Positions 10,977 to 23,456 of a stretch of DNA of 64,000 bases are shown here, piece after piece. This DNA comes from Lytechinus pictus. Taxonomy: Eukaryota. Each line of letters starts with the position of its first letter. Position 1 is the first letter of the stretch. Made by a program: the position numbers and the translations under genes. The notes below the pieces were generated by a model that searched no databases, was not told where the DNA came from, and saw only the letters and a program-made list of their open reading frames with translations. The DNA lies in assembly GCF_037042905.1 (NCBI RefSeq), contig NC_087245.1, positions 186,001 through 250,000 of the forward strand. The letters run 5' to 3'.

Positions 10977-13873
10977 CTGAGGTTTGGGTGAGGCCCATCT
11001 CCGTCATTGCTAATGATAAGAAAGAGAATAACAAGAATAGATGAGATAATTAATTAAATTAAATTAAAATGTGCGATTTTGTGGTATTACTTTCGATGAG
11101 ATTGTGATGGCATGAAACTATGATAATATGTTATTTTACGTCAAAATTGTATATCAAATTGTAATGATCATAGTTTCATGTATTTCGAAACATTTCTTTG
11201 TACAATTCAGATCCTCTTACCGGTATCGTTGCTCCTCAAGGATGAACCTACGCTGCTCTAGTGCCAAACGATCCTTTTCGACCTGCAGTCTCTCCTGCTC
11301 AATCTGAAGGTGTTCTCGCTCGATACTCAACCATTGCTCCCAAGTGGACTCGAAGTCATGGATGTCTCTTCCCTTTGCACTGTTCGTGCGTCTTCTCTTT
11401 GGAGTGTCACCTTCTTCAGGGGAATGCTTTTCATCAGGAGACAATGTCGATTGGCTTAGTCCTGGTTCTGAATTTAATGTACACTCGGCAAAAAAAGTTC
11501 TTGGACACTTAGAAAACTAAAAAATTTCATATAGATATTTGATTAAAGGCAAATTATTGTATGTCAACATGACCAGACAATATTCCTCTTCTAGTATGAC
11601 ATGACATATTCATGTTAACAGTCATGCATGGGCGGTTAAATGCTTTAAACAATAGAAATGTCAGTAAAAGAAAATTGCAAGAAATGGACCATTCAAAAGC
11701 TAAGGTTCATGGCCATCCTGTAGGCATACATTCAACAATTTCAACAGGGGGTTGTTCCCATCGAGCGAACATTGTCCAAATATTTCTGGATGACCACAAT
11801 GTTCAGCGCTTGGATCCATGGCCCGCTTGTTCACCAGACATGAACCCGATTGAACACTTGTGGGATCAGCTAGGAAAATCGGTCAATCAAAGAATTCAAC
11901 CAGGAGACACTCTTTTAGATGTCCGGCGTTATCTCCTGGAAGAATGGGACAAAATCACCCCAGAGCAAATTCGCCGACTTGTGACAAGCATGCGACGTCG
12001 ATGTGCTGCACTCATTCAGAGCCAGGGTGGATAAACGAAATATTAAATTTTATTCTTCTTATGCCAAGATACTGAAATTTGACATTTTTTTCATCGACTA
12101 ACTTTGACTTAAAATTCAAGTGGAATAGTGATGCACCCAAGGTGGATAACTTTCTCTTCTCTTTTAGAGTGGTATTTGACTTTAAGTTTGCTTTTATCAT
12201 TTAATGGATATTTATGCCACATAAACTTTCACAACTGAAAGAATGACTGATCGTTTTATTGCAATTTTCTTTTACTGACATTGCTATTGTTTAATGCCTG
12301 TAACCAGCCATGCACTGACTGATCCATTTCTTGCAATTTTCTTTTACTGACATTGCTATTGTTTAAAGTATTTAACCGCCCATGCATGACTGTTAACATG
12401 AAAATGTCATGTCATACTGGAAGAGAAATATTGTCTGGTCATGTTGACATACAATAATTTGCCTTTAATCAAATATCTATATGAAATATTTTAAGTTTTC
12501 TAAGTGTCCAAGAACTTTTTTGCTGAGTGTATATAGAGATATGATTAATTAAGATCATTAGAAGAATTATTGTTTGCCATTTAAAGAAATGGAAACAAAA
12601 CTTTCTTTTCTAGTTATTTATGTTAAAGCAGAATTTATTCATCAAAGTGAAGGAAATACATACACTTGCAGCATTAAATGCTGCAAACGCCATACGCAAC
12701 AGCTAGCTATAAGCTATGTATTGTTTTTTTTTCATGAACTTGTTTCATCATAAGAAGTGTGGAAGATATGCATAGAAAGGAAGAGTGATGGGGAGATGAA
12801 AACTGGAGAGGGCAGAGAGAGAGAAAAAAAGAAGAAGAAGAGGAGGGTTTTTGAGGGGGTTTAGATATGGATTTGGTCCGAACAAGACTTAAGAGAACGA
12901 GGTACAAATAATAATTGTTGTCTCAAGGGTATCCCAGCTGAATATGATTTGAATAGAAAGACCATTGAAAGACCAATGATGTACATGTAACTCTGCTAAA
13001 GTTATGGGAAGCTGAACATTTCAAATCATTGTTTACATTATACATGTTTCTTATATTTAAATGGTGAAAAAATATTTAAAAAGTATTTCGGTTATTAATC
13101 CCATAGTTATGAATGAAATGGACACCAAATGTCTCTCTATTTACTGTTCCAGTTTAGTGTCACATGCAATTGGCTTTCCCTATTTGACCCACAACTTTCC
13201 CGAATTTAGGCCCGAGCTTAAATTAAACCCGAGTTCAAAAAATGGTCCACAGACTAAAATAAAAATCAAAACAATGATGTCAATTTTATAAAAATTGCGG
13301 AAAGAATATCAAAAAGTTTCGTAAGAGGATAAAGAATTACATAATCTACAGTTAAAGGAAATTTCTGAACAGAGAGCAAAGTCAAAGTCATCTTCTAAAA
13401 GATTAAATTAAATAACGAATAAAAAACAATGACTCACCGCTTGCAACTTGAATTCGGTCAGATGCTAGCTTGGCCAATGTATGCAATGTATCAAGGGCAT
13501 TTTGGACTGGATCCTGTGGTTTGGAGGAAGGCGTTTCCATCCCACCAACAAAGCCACTAATAGCATCATCACCTATGAAGGATTGGAGCAGGAGCAGGAC
13601 CACCTCCGGTTCTATTTGAGTCTCTCTTTCTAGCCGCTGCCTTCTTCATTGCTTTGCTTTTTTCAATGGTGAACTTTCTCCTAACCTCTTCGGGAGTTCT
13701 TCCCCTTCCTGCAACCACAGACACCTCTGCCACCATCCCTCATGCATTGTTCTTCATTTGATTGGTTAAAGAAGATGATATCGGCTTTTGGATGAATCCT
13801 CTCTTGCGATTACTTCGCTGGTGAGAGTCTCCACCTCATCTGTCGAGTAATTATCGTGTCTCTTCTTCTCCAT
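10977..13873 (-). pseudogene. Harbinger accessory Myb/SANT-like DNA-binding protein, multi-exon, disrupted
   Basis: MEKKRHDNYSTDEVETL..., LTNQMKNNA*..GRTPEEVRRKF..NRTGGGPAP (conserved Trp is now TGA, plus frameshifts). Donor at 13437. Coiled-coil exon 11467-~11221 (IEREHLQIEQERLQVEKDRL). Probable last short exon from ~11010. Confidence 0.75.
11482..12529 (+). mobile_element. Tc1-family deletion derivative with ~210-bp TIRs
   Basis: TA TSD. TIR CACTCGGCAAAAAAAGTTCTTGGACACTTAG... Retains the transposase C-terminus WPACSPDMNPIEHLWDQL...RRRCAALIQSQGG (~11755-12034). Confidence 0.92.
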
Positions 13874-15024
13874 GGCATACAATTGTTTTTTGTTTTTTTT
13901 TAACTCAACGAATTTGTATGCACAATACCAATAAACTAGTGACACATGCCACTCCCACGTGGGTGTCTCTTGATCATTAATTATTTGCGCAACCGCACGC
14001 AGTGGCGTATTGAATAAAAAAGTGTTACGCAACATTTTCCTACAGCTTTGCTATTGGTTGAAGGGGCTTTCACAGGGAACTAACGGTTATTTTGATTGGC
14101 TGTCTGTGAAAATATGGGCGGGTACTTAGAAAGATATGACAGAGAAATGACAATGTTCAGAATACCGATTTGTGACAATCATAGCAGTGTCATATCTTGG
14201 GGAGAAATTACAAAAGTTATGACAGAGTTCCAGAATACCGCCCCCGGTCTATTATTTGGACCAGTGGGGGGAAGAATTAATTGTAAAATCAATTAGATAG
14301 TTTTCAGGTAAAGTTATCTTGTTTTTCTTGAGACACACAAAAAACTGCATTGAAAAACTTTAAACAAAAAAAACAAAATAAAAAACAGCTTAAACAATCC
14401 TGTTACGGACATATGTGATAAACTGTCCAATCTCATTTTCATTTGTCTTTCTTTTGCCATTTTGTGACTTGGGATTCTGACACCGATTGATGTGAGGGGC
14501 TCTATAGCCGCTCTGTGATTGGACCAATCTCTTAATTATTAACATGTGCTTAGGAAGATTATTGGAGCTAGAATGTGTAAAAATATTGTTCATATTGACT
14601 AAATGGAATTTGTGCAGTGCCCTTGTAAGTTTGATAAGTTTCTTTTGAAACTCAGCTTATATAGTTCGTGACAAGTGAAAAAAAGGAGACGAATTGAATA
14701 CAATGATTACAGGGATTTTATGAGTACTTTGCTCCTACATATTTTGTATACTTCTTGTACCTCTTTGTGTGAATACCGGCCCTGTTTTCTTCTGTTGTTT
14801 TGGGGTGGTTTTTTTTTTTTTTTGGGGGGGGGGGGGGGGGTCATATACACAGGAAACATGTCAATCCTTCATGGAAGCAAATTCTGGAAATATGAAAGTG
14901 CATTGATGCTTGACATTTCAGGATGTTTAATGTTGTATACTGTTCAGTTTTCTAATCCTCTTTGTTTTTTGTGTGTAGTTTCTTTTTTGTTTTGGCTGTG
15001 CTTTTCTACAACCTATGAATTTTT

Positions 15025-15830
15025 GTCTCGCCCACCAGAGGTGAAGGCGAGACTTGGGGATCCTAATGTCGTCCATCCGTCCGTCGTCCGTCCATCACAA
15101 ACCTTATGACACATAACTCCGCAACCGTAAGTCACTTTTCAACCAAACTTGGATGGTAGATGGACTTGGGGGACCTGCATGTAATGCTGCAGTCTGGGGT
15201 CACATGGTAAGGTCAAAGGTCATTTTCAGGTCAATGTTAAAGTTTACATGCAAGACTCTCTTATGACACCTAACTCTGCAATTGTAAGTCACTTTTCAAG
15301 CAAACATGGGTGGTAGATTGACTTGGGGGACCTGCATGTTTTGCTGCAGTCTGAGGTCACATGGTAAGGTCAAAGGTCATGTTCAGGTCAACGTTAAAGT
15401 TTACATGCAAGACTTTCTTATGACACCTAACTCCGCAACCGTAAGTCACTTTTCAACCAAACTTGGATGGCAGATGTACTTAGGGGACCTGCATGTTATG
15501 CTGCAGTCGGAGGTCACATGGTAGGGTCAAAGGTCATTTTCTGGTCAATGTTAAAGTTTTGGTGCAAGACTCTTATGACACATAACTCTGCAACCGTAAA
15601 TCACTTTTCAGCCAAACTTGGATGGTACAGTGTAGATGTACTTGCGGGACCTGCATGTTATTGTTTTGTGAGGTCACATGGTATGGTCAAAGTTCATTTT
15701 GAAGTAAACATTAAACTTTACGTGCAAGACTCTTATGACAAGTGTTATTCCATCCCAGTCATTTCACAATGAAGTTTCGATACAATTCTGTTGCGTGCAC
15801 TCGCAAACCACATGATATTTCTGGTTTGTT
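15025..15830 (+). mobile_element. Helentron-associated (HINE/DINE-1-like) non-autonomous element, family A, 3'-truncated
   Basis: T-run insertion site, 5' hairpin GTCTCGCC..GGCGAGAC, (GTCC)n microsatellite and ~4 tandem ~156-bp units. Same family as 54548-55371. Confidence 0.7.
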
Positions 15831-16271
15831 TACAGAGTACACTATAAATGATTAATAATACATTACATTATTATGAGAGCAGGAATTCTGAATTGTTGCT
15901 ATATCATTTTTAAATTATAGATGGCCTATATACAATCAAAATACATATTACTTTACTTACATATTAAGAAGTGTCAACAGAAGATACACTTTACAGAAGA
16001 AAAAATTATAGAAAGAGAAAATGAATGGAAATGAAGGAGAGAGACAAGGCAAGGAGACAAATGCTAGTGGAAAGCATGTTCACACAACTGGGAAAGCAAT
16101 ATAATATTCATAGCCATTGGATGAATCAACTTGAGGTTATCTTCAAATTAAGTTTGCGTTGATGGGTTATATGATATTGATAATAATATATCAGATGATA
16201 AAGTGAGTAATACTAAATAATTTGAGAAAATGTCAAATGCATATTTTTTTTCAAACTGCACAGGGAATCTA

Positions 16272-17245
16272 CAGTGCGTTTTAGAAAAAAGGTAATCCAA
16301 ATCTAGAGGCTGGTATTCAAATCGTATAATTTTGTGGAATTATTGTGCATGGATGTGGAAGAGTAACTCATCAAGACATCAACTTTCCATTGATACCCTA
16401 TTTGAGCCATTTGTGCCAAACATGACAAAATTAAGTGACGTTGAAGACAAAAAGTGCAGATATCACTTTTTCCAAGTTTTTGAAAACTTGATAAAAGAGC
16501 AGATGCATCAATACCTGAGCTTTCAAACATCTTCATTGGACCTTTTTCTTCCAAAGGAGTGTAAATGGGCGAATTTACTTGCAAATGATTAACGAGGAGA
16601 TTTTACCACAGTTGGACCAACATTATGAGAGGCAGGTTCGAGGAGTGTACTTGCATCTTTGGTGGATTCCGGACTAGCACTCCTGCCCATCGTTCCAACA
16701 TCTTTTTAGATAGACTCAAAGAACTCTTTGGAGTTTGGACATCAAGTTGTTGCCCTCGCGCCTGTGATTATTTCCTTTGGGGACACTTTAAAAAAAAGGT
16801 ATTTGTAATTTCTCCTCAAGATCTCGGTGATTTGCAGGGCCGACTCGACATGAGGTGGATGCTTTTTGTGCAATAATCCGGCAATGGTAAGATGAGCTGT
16901 CCAAGATATCCTTAATCCCTCCATGTTCAAAGTGTGGGTGAATAAGACATTAACCTTTCAATCACCATTTCAGAGGAATGCCTAGACTCTTCATTCCAAA
17001 AATTACTTTTTTACATTTTATTCTACCAAGCGCACATTTTACCCACTTTACCTAAACTTGGATAAAGTGGTTCCTGCACCTGTTGTCTTCAGCACCAATT
17101 AATTTGGTCACGAGTGGTGCAGATGATACAAATACACTGTAGGGTATCAATTAAAAGCTGATGAGTTTTTCTTTCATATCCATGCAGAATAATTCCACAA
17201 AATTAAATATGATCCAAATATCGGCCCTCTAGATTTGGAATACCT
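16272..17245 (+). mobile_element. Degenerate Tc1/mariner-superfamily element (DD37D/maT-like)
   Basis: Inverted GGTAATCCAAATCTAGAGG / CCTCTAGATTTGGAATACC. Translated remnant CDYFLWGHFKKKVF..PQDLGDLQGR. Confidence 0.6.
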
Positions 17246-17599
17246 GTATTGTCATGATAATGGCAAACATTGACTTTTATATTCAGCATGTTCAGTTGAT
17301 ATCAAAGCAAAACAAATAAAGATATTAAATACAGCTAAATATAATCTGAAGATTCAAAAGGGGTCAAACAATTACGATAAGACATAATGTATAAAAGTTA
17401 CCCCTCCCCTTGTATTACCATTCAGTTAAATTTATTTTCATTCAGCGTTGACACTTAGAACGGAATGGGATGTGATCTGTATCTTCAGTCTGACATTTGA
17501 CTGGTATCAACACATTTATATTGGTATTCCTCAAATGCCATCTTTTCTCCTCTTTTTTATAGGGAACCAATGGTGGAAAATGTCAGACTTCAAGAGGGA

Positions 17600-18151
17600 T
17601 TCGCCACATTTGAGACATTTTTTATTGCACCTGCTCTCTATAAGGTCTTGAGGTTGGTTTGCTAGATCATGCTTTCCTGTGATGAATAAAAATTGCCTAC
17701 AACCAACTTTACCACTCCCAATTTATACAAGGTCTTTGACTGGTAGCTTGAATGGAATCGATGATCTAAGGATTTACATTCGTCTATTAGCTTTGCCAAT
17801 CATACTATTCACCTGGCCATCCTACTTCAAGTCTGACTAGATGAGGATACCTAGGATTTTCATCGAAGATACCTCAACCAATGTTTGGTTATCAAGAGAG
17901 ATTTAAAAATCTACACACATAACAAAGCAGTTCCCTGGATTTAGCTTCATGCTATTACTTGTACACCAGTTTCCTAGTGCACTTAAGGTACACTTAACTT
18001 CACCAGTAGCACCCCGCTTTTCTGATTCTGCTAGTGTCAAGTCATCCAGATACTTCCAGTACCTTCGGTTGCTGTCTGAGAAGGCATTAGTTGCCAGCAC
18101 AAGAAATAGTATGGGGCCAAGTTTTGTGCCCTGAGGCATGCCCACCGTCAA
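17600..18151 (-). mobile_element. CR1/L2-group non-LTR reverse transcriptase fragment
   Basis: GMPQGTKLGPILFL, KYLDDLT and WCTSNSMKLNP motifs, with stops downstream. Confidence 0.8.
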
Positions 18152-18239
18152 TTTTGCTCTCCTTGCTTTATTTAGTTTTTTTTACATTTCATAATCTATG
18201 ATCTTCCTTCTTCTCCTTGCTTTATTTTGTTTTCATCAG

Positions 18240-18441
18240 GAATCTGCCATGCCAGTATTGTTTCATGCCATATCCATCCTGTTATCAGCACTGATTGTTC
18301 TCTGGGGGGTCAAGAGCATTGAGTTGGTCAGTTCCATCATTGTATCCATCTTCCTCCTCCTCATCGTCATTTGTTTCATCTGGAGCTTGACTTTGCCTAA
18401 TGCTGATGATGGCATTCGCTTCCTCTTCACACCTGATTGGG
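18240..18441 (+). CDS. SLC6/NSS sodium-dependent transporter, internal exon (TM4-TM5)
   Basis: CAG|GAA acceptor after a pyrimidine tract, G|GTTAG donor. ESAMPVLFHAI..GVKSIELVS..GIRFLFTPDW. Confidence 0.9.
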
Positions 18442-18567
18442 GTTAGTGTCATGTCTTTTCCTTTTATTGTATGTGTTTTGGAGTTCATTTTGCTCATGTT
18501 TTCTATGCTTACTTAATACATTTACATGGTGAACATTGTTGTGGGTTGAGTTTACTTTTCAGATTAA

Positions 18568-18745
18568 AGGTCAAGTCCACCCCAGAAAAATGTTGATTTG
18601 AATCACTAGTTAAAAGTGAAACAGGCATAAAGATTAATGTTTCATCAAAATCATGTGTAAAATAAGAAAGCTATGACATTTTAAAGTTTCGCTCACTTTT
18701 CACAAAACAGTTATATGCACAACTCAGTGACATGCAAATGAGGAC
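18568..18745. mobile_element. Kolobok-type MITE 5' fragment
   Basis: TTAA|AGGTCAAGTCCACCCC terminus matches the ends of 39902-40502. Confidence 0.65.
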
Positions 18746-18764
18746 TCAGAGTTGATATCCTTTT

Positions 18765-20375
18765 TTCCTTATAAGTGAGTTGATTTGTTGAATCTGAGTA
18801 ACCTTTCCTTATTCCCTTTAAGTGAGTTGATTTGTTGAGTCTGAGTATTTCATTATTTCCTATGAGTGAGTTGAAGTGTTGAGTCTGAGTATTTCATTTT
18901 TCCTATAAGTGAGTTGATTTTTTGAATCTGATAAGTGAGTTGATTTGTTGAATCTGAGTAACCGTTACTTATTCCCTATAAGTGAGTTGATTTGTTGAGT
19001 CTGAGTAACCTCACCTTATTCCCTTTAAGTGAGTTGATTTGTTGCGTCTGAATATTTCATTATTTCATATAAATGAGTTAATGTGTTGAGTCTGAGTATT
19101 TCAATATTTCCTATAAGTGAGTTGATGTGTTGAGTCTGAGTAACCTTTCTTTATTTCCTATAAGTGAATAGATTTGTTGAATCTGAGTAACCATTCTTTA
19201 TTCCCTATAAGTGAATTGATTTGTTGAATCTGAGTAACCTTTCCTTATTCCCTTTAAATGAGTTGATTTGTTGAGTCTGAGTATCTCATTATTTCCTATA
19301 AGTGAGTTGATTTGTTGTGTCTGAGTAACAATTCCTTATTTCCTGTGAGTTGATGTGTTGAATCTGAGTAACCTTTCTTTATTCCCTATAAGTGAGTTGA
19401 TGTGTTGAGTCTGAGGAACCATTCCTTATTTCCTATAAGTGAGTTGATGTGTTGAATCTGAGTAACCTTTCTTTATTCCCTATAAGTGAGTTGATGTGTT
19501 GAATCTGAGCAACCTTTCTTTATTCCCTATAAGTGAGTTGATGTGTTGAATCTGAGTAACCGTTCCTTATTTTCTATAAGTGAGTTGATGTGTTGAGTCT
19601 GAGTAACCTTTCTTTATTCCCTATAAGTGAGTTGATGTGTTGAATCTGAGTAACCTTTCCTTATTCCCTATAAGTGAGTTAATTTGTTGAGTCTGAGTAT
19701 TTCATTATTTCCTATAAGTGAGTTGATTTCTTGAGTCTGAGTATTTCATTATTTCCTATAAGTGAGTTGATGTGTTGAATCTGAGTAACCTTTCCTTATT
19801 CCCTATAAGTGAGTTGAATTGTTGAGTCTTAAGTATTTCATTATTTCCTATAAGTGAGTTGATTTGTTGAGTCTGAGTATTTCATTATTTCCTATAAGTG
19901 AGTTGATTTGTTGAGTCTGAGTATTTCATTATTTCCTATAAGTGAGTTAATGTGTTGAGTCTGAGTAACCTTTCTTTATTCCCTATAAGTGAGATGATTT
20001 GTTGAGTCTGAGTATTTCATTATTTTCTATAATTGAGTTGATTTGTTGAGTCTGAGTATTTCATTATTTCCTATAAGTGAGTTAATGTGTTGAGTCTGAG
20101 TAACCTTTCTTTATTCCCTATAAGTGAATTGATTTGTTGAATCTTGAGTAACATTTCCTTATTCTCTTTAGATGAGTTGATTTGTTGAGTCTGAGTATCT
20201 CATTATTTCCTATAAGTGAGTTGATGTGTTGAGTCTGAGTAACCATTCCTTATTTCCTATAATTGAGTTAATGTGTTAAGTCTGAGTAACATTTCCTTAA
20301 TCCCTATAAGTGAGTTTATGTGTTGAGTCTGAGGAACCATTCCTTATTTCTTATAAGTGAGATGATGCATTGAAT
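18765..20375. repeat. Intronic minisatellite, 44/46-bp unit, ~35 copies
   Basis: Unit TAAGTGAGTTGATTTGTTGAGTCTGAGTATTTCATTATTTCCTA (44 bp) and a 46-bp variant containing AACCTTTC. Confidence 0.95.
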
Positions 20376-20412
20376 CTATAAAAAAAAACCATTGCTTTAT
20401 CATTTCCTACAG

Positions 20413-20575
20413 TGCAGCTTAGAAACCCTAGGATGTGGGTAGATGCCATAAGTCAAAATGCATTTGATACAGGTGCAGCTGCTGGTCTATTTGTTTCATA
20501 TGCTGCCTATATGACTGCTGAAACTGGGATAGTACGATATGGTATTCTTGTCCCTATTGGAAATAATATTGTCAG
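20413..20575 (+). CDS. SLC6/NSS transporter exon (TM6-TM7)
   Basis: AG/GT boundaries, phase 1 to 2. QLRNPRMWVDAISQNAFDTGAAAGLFVSYAAYM..PIGNNIVS. Absent from the ORF track. Confidence 0.92.
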
Positions 20576-21241
20576 GTAAATAACCAAGTTTATCATTTGT
20601 AACCACTCATTATTTGTTTGGATTTTAAAGGCATAGACTAACCTTACAAAGGTCTTTAAAAAATACTGGACCTTGAATTCATATTGTAATTAATACTTCT
20701 CATATGGATAACAAGAAAAAACAGCCAGGAAGAAAAGTAACAATAAATTCATCCAGACACTTTCAAGATATCTGTGACTGAAAATCATCATTCAAATTTT
20801 TCTATCTTTTGAAGAGATTAATATGACACATGTTAGTCACTTTATCACCATTTTGAAACACTGATTTTTTTTTTATTAGAGTGCATTTTTTAATCTGATT
20901 TGTTCTTATGATATCTCAAAGATACAGGTGACAAATGGGACTTTGCAACTAAGATTTTTTTTTATCAAATTAATGTTAACATATGCCGTAAGTAACATAT
21001 GTTACTAATAGACCATGAAATCATATTGGGCATGCATTTTTGTTTACACTTTACAAAACTTGAAATGGCAAAGCCACAAATTGTCTGAATTCATATCTTG
21101 TAGACTACATGTACATCATACATGAATGCAAGATGTTGTCAAGACAAAGTGACAGAACTAAAATGAGAGTTATTTTTTATCTTCTTAATTTTTAACCTAT
21201 ATTTAGATGTTGATTGATCTGTGGTATTCTCTTTCCTGTAG

Positions 21242-21364
21242 TTTGATATGTGGTATGCTGACATATGCAACTGTCTTTTCAACTCAAAGTTCTCTCAACA
21301 AATCTGAAATAGTGGATTTACTTGCAGAAAATGGCCCAGGAAACACGGGACTAACTTTTATTTG
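21242..21364 (+). CDS. SLC6/NSS transporter exon (TM7-EL4)
   Basis: TAG|..TG|GTAAGT. LICGMLTYATVFST..ENGPGNTGLTFIW. Confidence 0.92.
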
Positions 21365-22022
21365 GTAAGTACATGACTGTACACTGTATTTACACCAGCC
21401 ATGATTTATGTTTGTGTTGTGATAGTGCCCCTATTCATGTAGCCAAAAAGTAGCCATGTATTTTTAACTCTGCCCCATGTTTGTTGCAATGCCATTATCT
21501 AATATTGGTGCACCTCCCGTAACTAAATATTTTCTCTTTCCGTGCCAAAGCATACATCCATCCATTTAGATATGCATACATGTACATGTAGTACATACTT
21601 AATGGAATGTTAAAAAAATTATACCAAAATCACCTTTTTTTGGAATGGGTTTAAAATCCATGAATATTTGTTTCCTAGTGTTCAGAAATTAATCGATATC
21701 TGTCCATTTATATTATATTCATTTCTATACATTGAAGTGATGTAATATAAAATCTGTGATATTAAAGCCTGTCTAAAGGTATGATTAAGGGTCAATAAGA
21801 TTTTCCCTTAATATAACTTTTCATCTCATTACGTCAAACCCTCGTTGCAGATTTGCTGCACCAGCTCATGGCTCATGCTGCAGTCGTATACCCCGATAAC
21901 AAAATCCTCGGAGGAACCAAGATATTTCATTCCCAAGCACTATCAATCCTGAATCGCCCGATGATCCCTCTTATGTAACATTTCTCCTTCGCAGGCACAA
22001 GCCTGATGGTTAGACCATAAAC

Positions 22023-23039
22023 CAGGGGTTCTCAAACTTTTTCATTGAAGGGCCAGATGAGACTCCAAGTAAACCTGAAAGGGCCAGGGTGAATTGGATA
22101 CTTAGAAAAAAAATGTGCGCGAAGCGCAAAGACCCTTGCAGTCGGGGTCCTAGATGCTCTCTTGTGCAATCGGGCCCTTACTTTGGGAGCATTCAATCCA
22201 ACAAATTTATAACAGTTTCATATGGAACGCAGGCAAAATTAGAAAAGATTTCCAAATACAGCGAGAGTCAATATTAATGATAACAAAATTGTAAATTGTT
22301 AAAAGGAATCTAGATTGTACCTATACATACCTGGTATTGGGGAGACAGATAATGTCTTGAACTATCAATATTTTTTGTAGTCAAAGTAGAATTAATAATA
22401 GAGCATGTCTGTTGTATACTCTAACAAGGGTGTCAGTCTCCTAATCACTTTCAATATGGGAAACGTGACAGTCTGTTAGCAACAAGTTGCTTGAATCTTG
22501 GCACAAAAGGTGTGATTGCCAGATGAAGGCACTGTTGCAAATGTTCACTGGTCAAGCAGGGGCCGCGGGGGGGGGGGGGGGGATTTTTTTCCAAAACCAT
22601 GTACAAAAACGTAAAAATGACCATATGATTGTGATTTTTTTGCATGGCCAGCCCCCCCCCCCCCCCCCACACACACACTTCGAAAACCGTTCCACGGCCC
22701 CTATCAAGGTACTTCGGTATGAGTTAGTTCTTTAAAATGTTCATTGTGGAAAATGCACCTTCGCACCTTATGTATATACCTATGTATAGATCCAAACATG
22801 GTGAGAACAGCGCTGGTCATCTAATAAGAAAGTAGATCGAACAGACAGAAAAGACTCTGACACTAAACTTTGTTTAAAAGTCAAATTAATTTGACTGCCA
22901 TTAATTTTATTACGGTTAGGTCTACACGGATACACAATGTAATCACATTTCATATTGTGACTTAAAAGTGATTGAAAAAAAACCTAGCAGAGTCTCGCGG
23001 GCCGTATCTGGCCCGCGGGCCGTAGTTTGAGAACCCCTG
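22023..23039. mobile_element. hAT (Charlie-like) non-autonomous element
   Basis: TIR CAGGGGTTCTCAAACT / AGTTTGAGAACCCCTG. Perfect 8-bp TSD CCATAAAC. Subterminal GGCCCGCGGGCCG. Confidence 0.92.
22557..22703. mobile_element. Small MITE with 5-bp TSD (hAT5-like)
   Basis: CAGGGGCCGCGG / CCACGGCCCCTA flanked by TCAAG on both sides. Confidence 0.7.
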
Positions 23040-23456
23040 CCATAAACAATAGCTGTGATATTACGTAAGAGCAGCTCTGCCAGTAGTAGGCCTTTCGGAA
23101 TTAAATTATTGTATTTGATATTTAATCAAGTTTTCAAAGGCATATTGTATTTTGAAATCCATTGTAATTCTGTTTTCAGTTTCGAACGAAGAAAATCGTC
23201 CCTGAAATAAGGAAACTATTAAAGAGAAATAAAAATGACTGCATGGGATGGCGAGCGAGTTTGCTCGAATTGGCGCGCTGCGTATGTAATTGCGATTGAG
23301 TTTTTTTCTGACCCATCGAGGTCAAGAAACACATGTTTAGATACTTACATGTAAATAACTGGCCTGGGGTGATTTAGATTTTCCATGGTTTGTAACAGGG
23401 GTTTACCTTCTCCAACGACGGTTTTGCCTCATGTAATCGACCAACCTTTTTAGCCA

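Larger units (their letters stand above)
7041..14243 (+). mobile_element. Full-length PIF/Harbinger DNA transposon (two convergent genes, decayed)
   Basis: TIR GGGCGGTATTCTG / CAGAATACCGCCC. 3-bp flanks CTG/CCG. Subterminal CGGTATTCTG repeats. Contains a HARBI1-like transposase and a Myb/SANT gene. Confidence 0.92.
22011..23430 (+). repeat. Dispersed repeat family (other copies ~39166-39540, 54003-54260, 55735-56120)
   Basis: Shared TAGACCATAAACAA.AGCTG...GGCCTTTCGGAATTAAATTATTGTATTTGATATTTAATCAAGTTTTCAAAGG. This copy is split by a hAT MITE. Confidence 0.8.

Noticed and set aside
18765..20375. CRISPR-like array
   Set aside because: Head-to-tail minisatellite with no unique spacers, no cas genes and a eukaryotic intron context.
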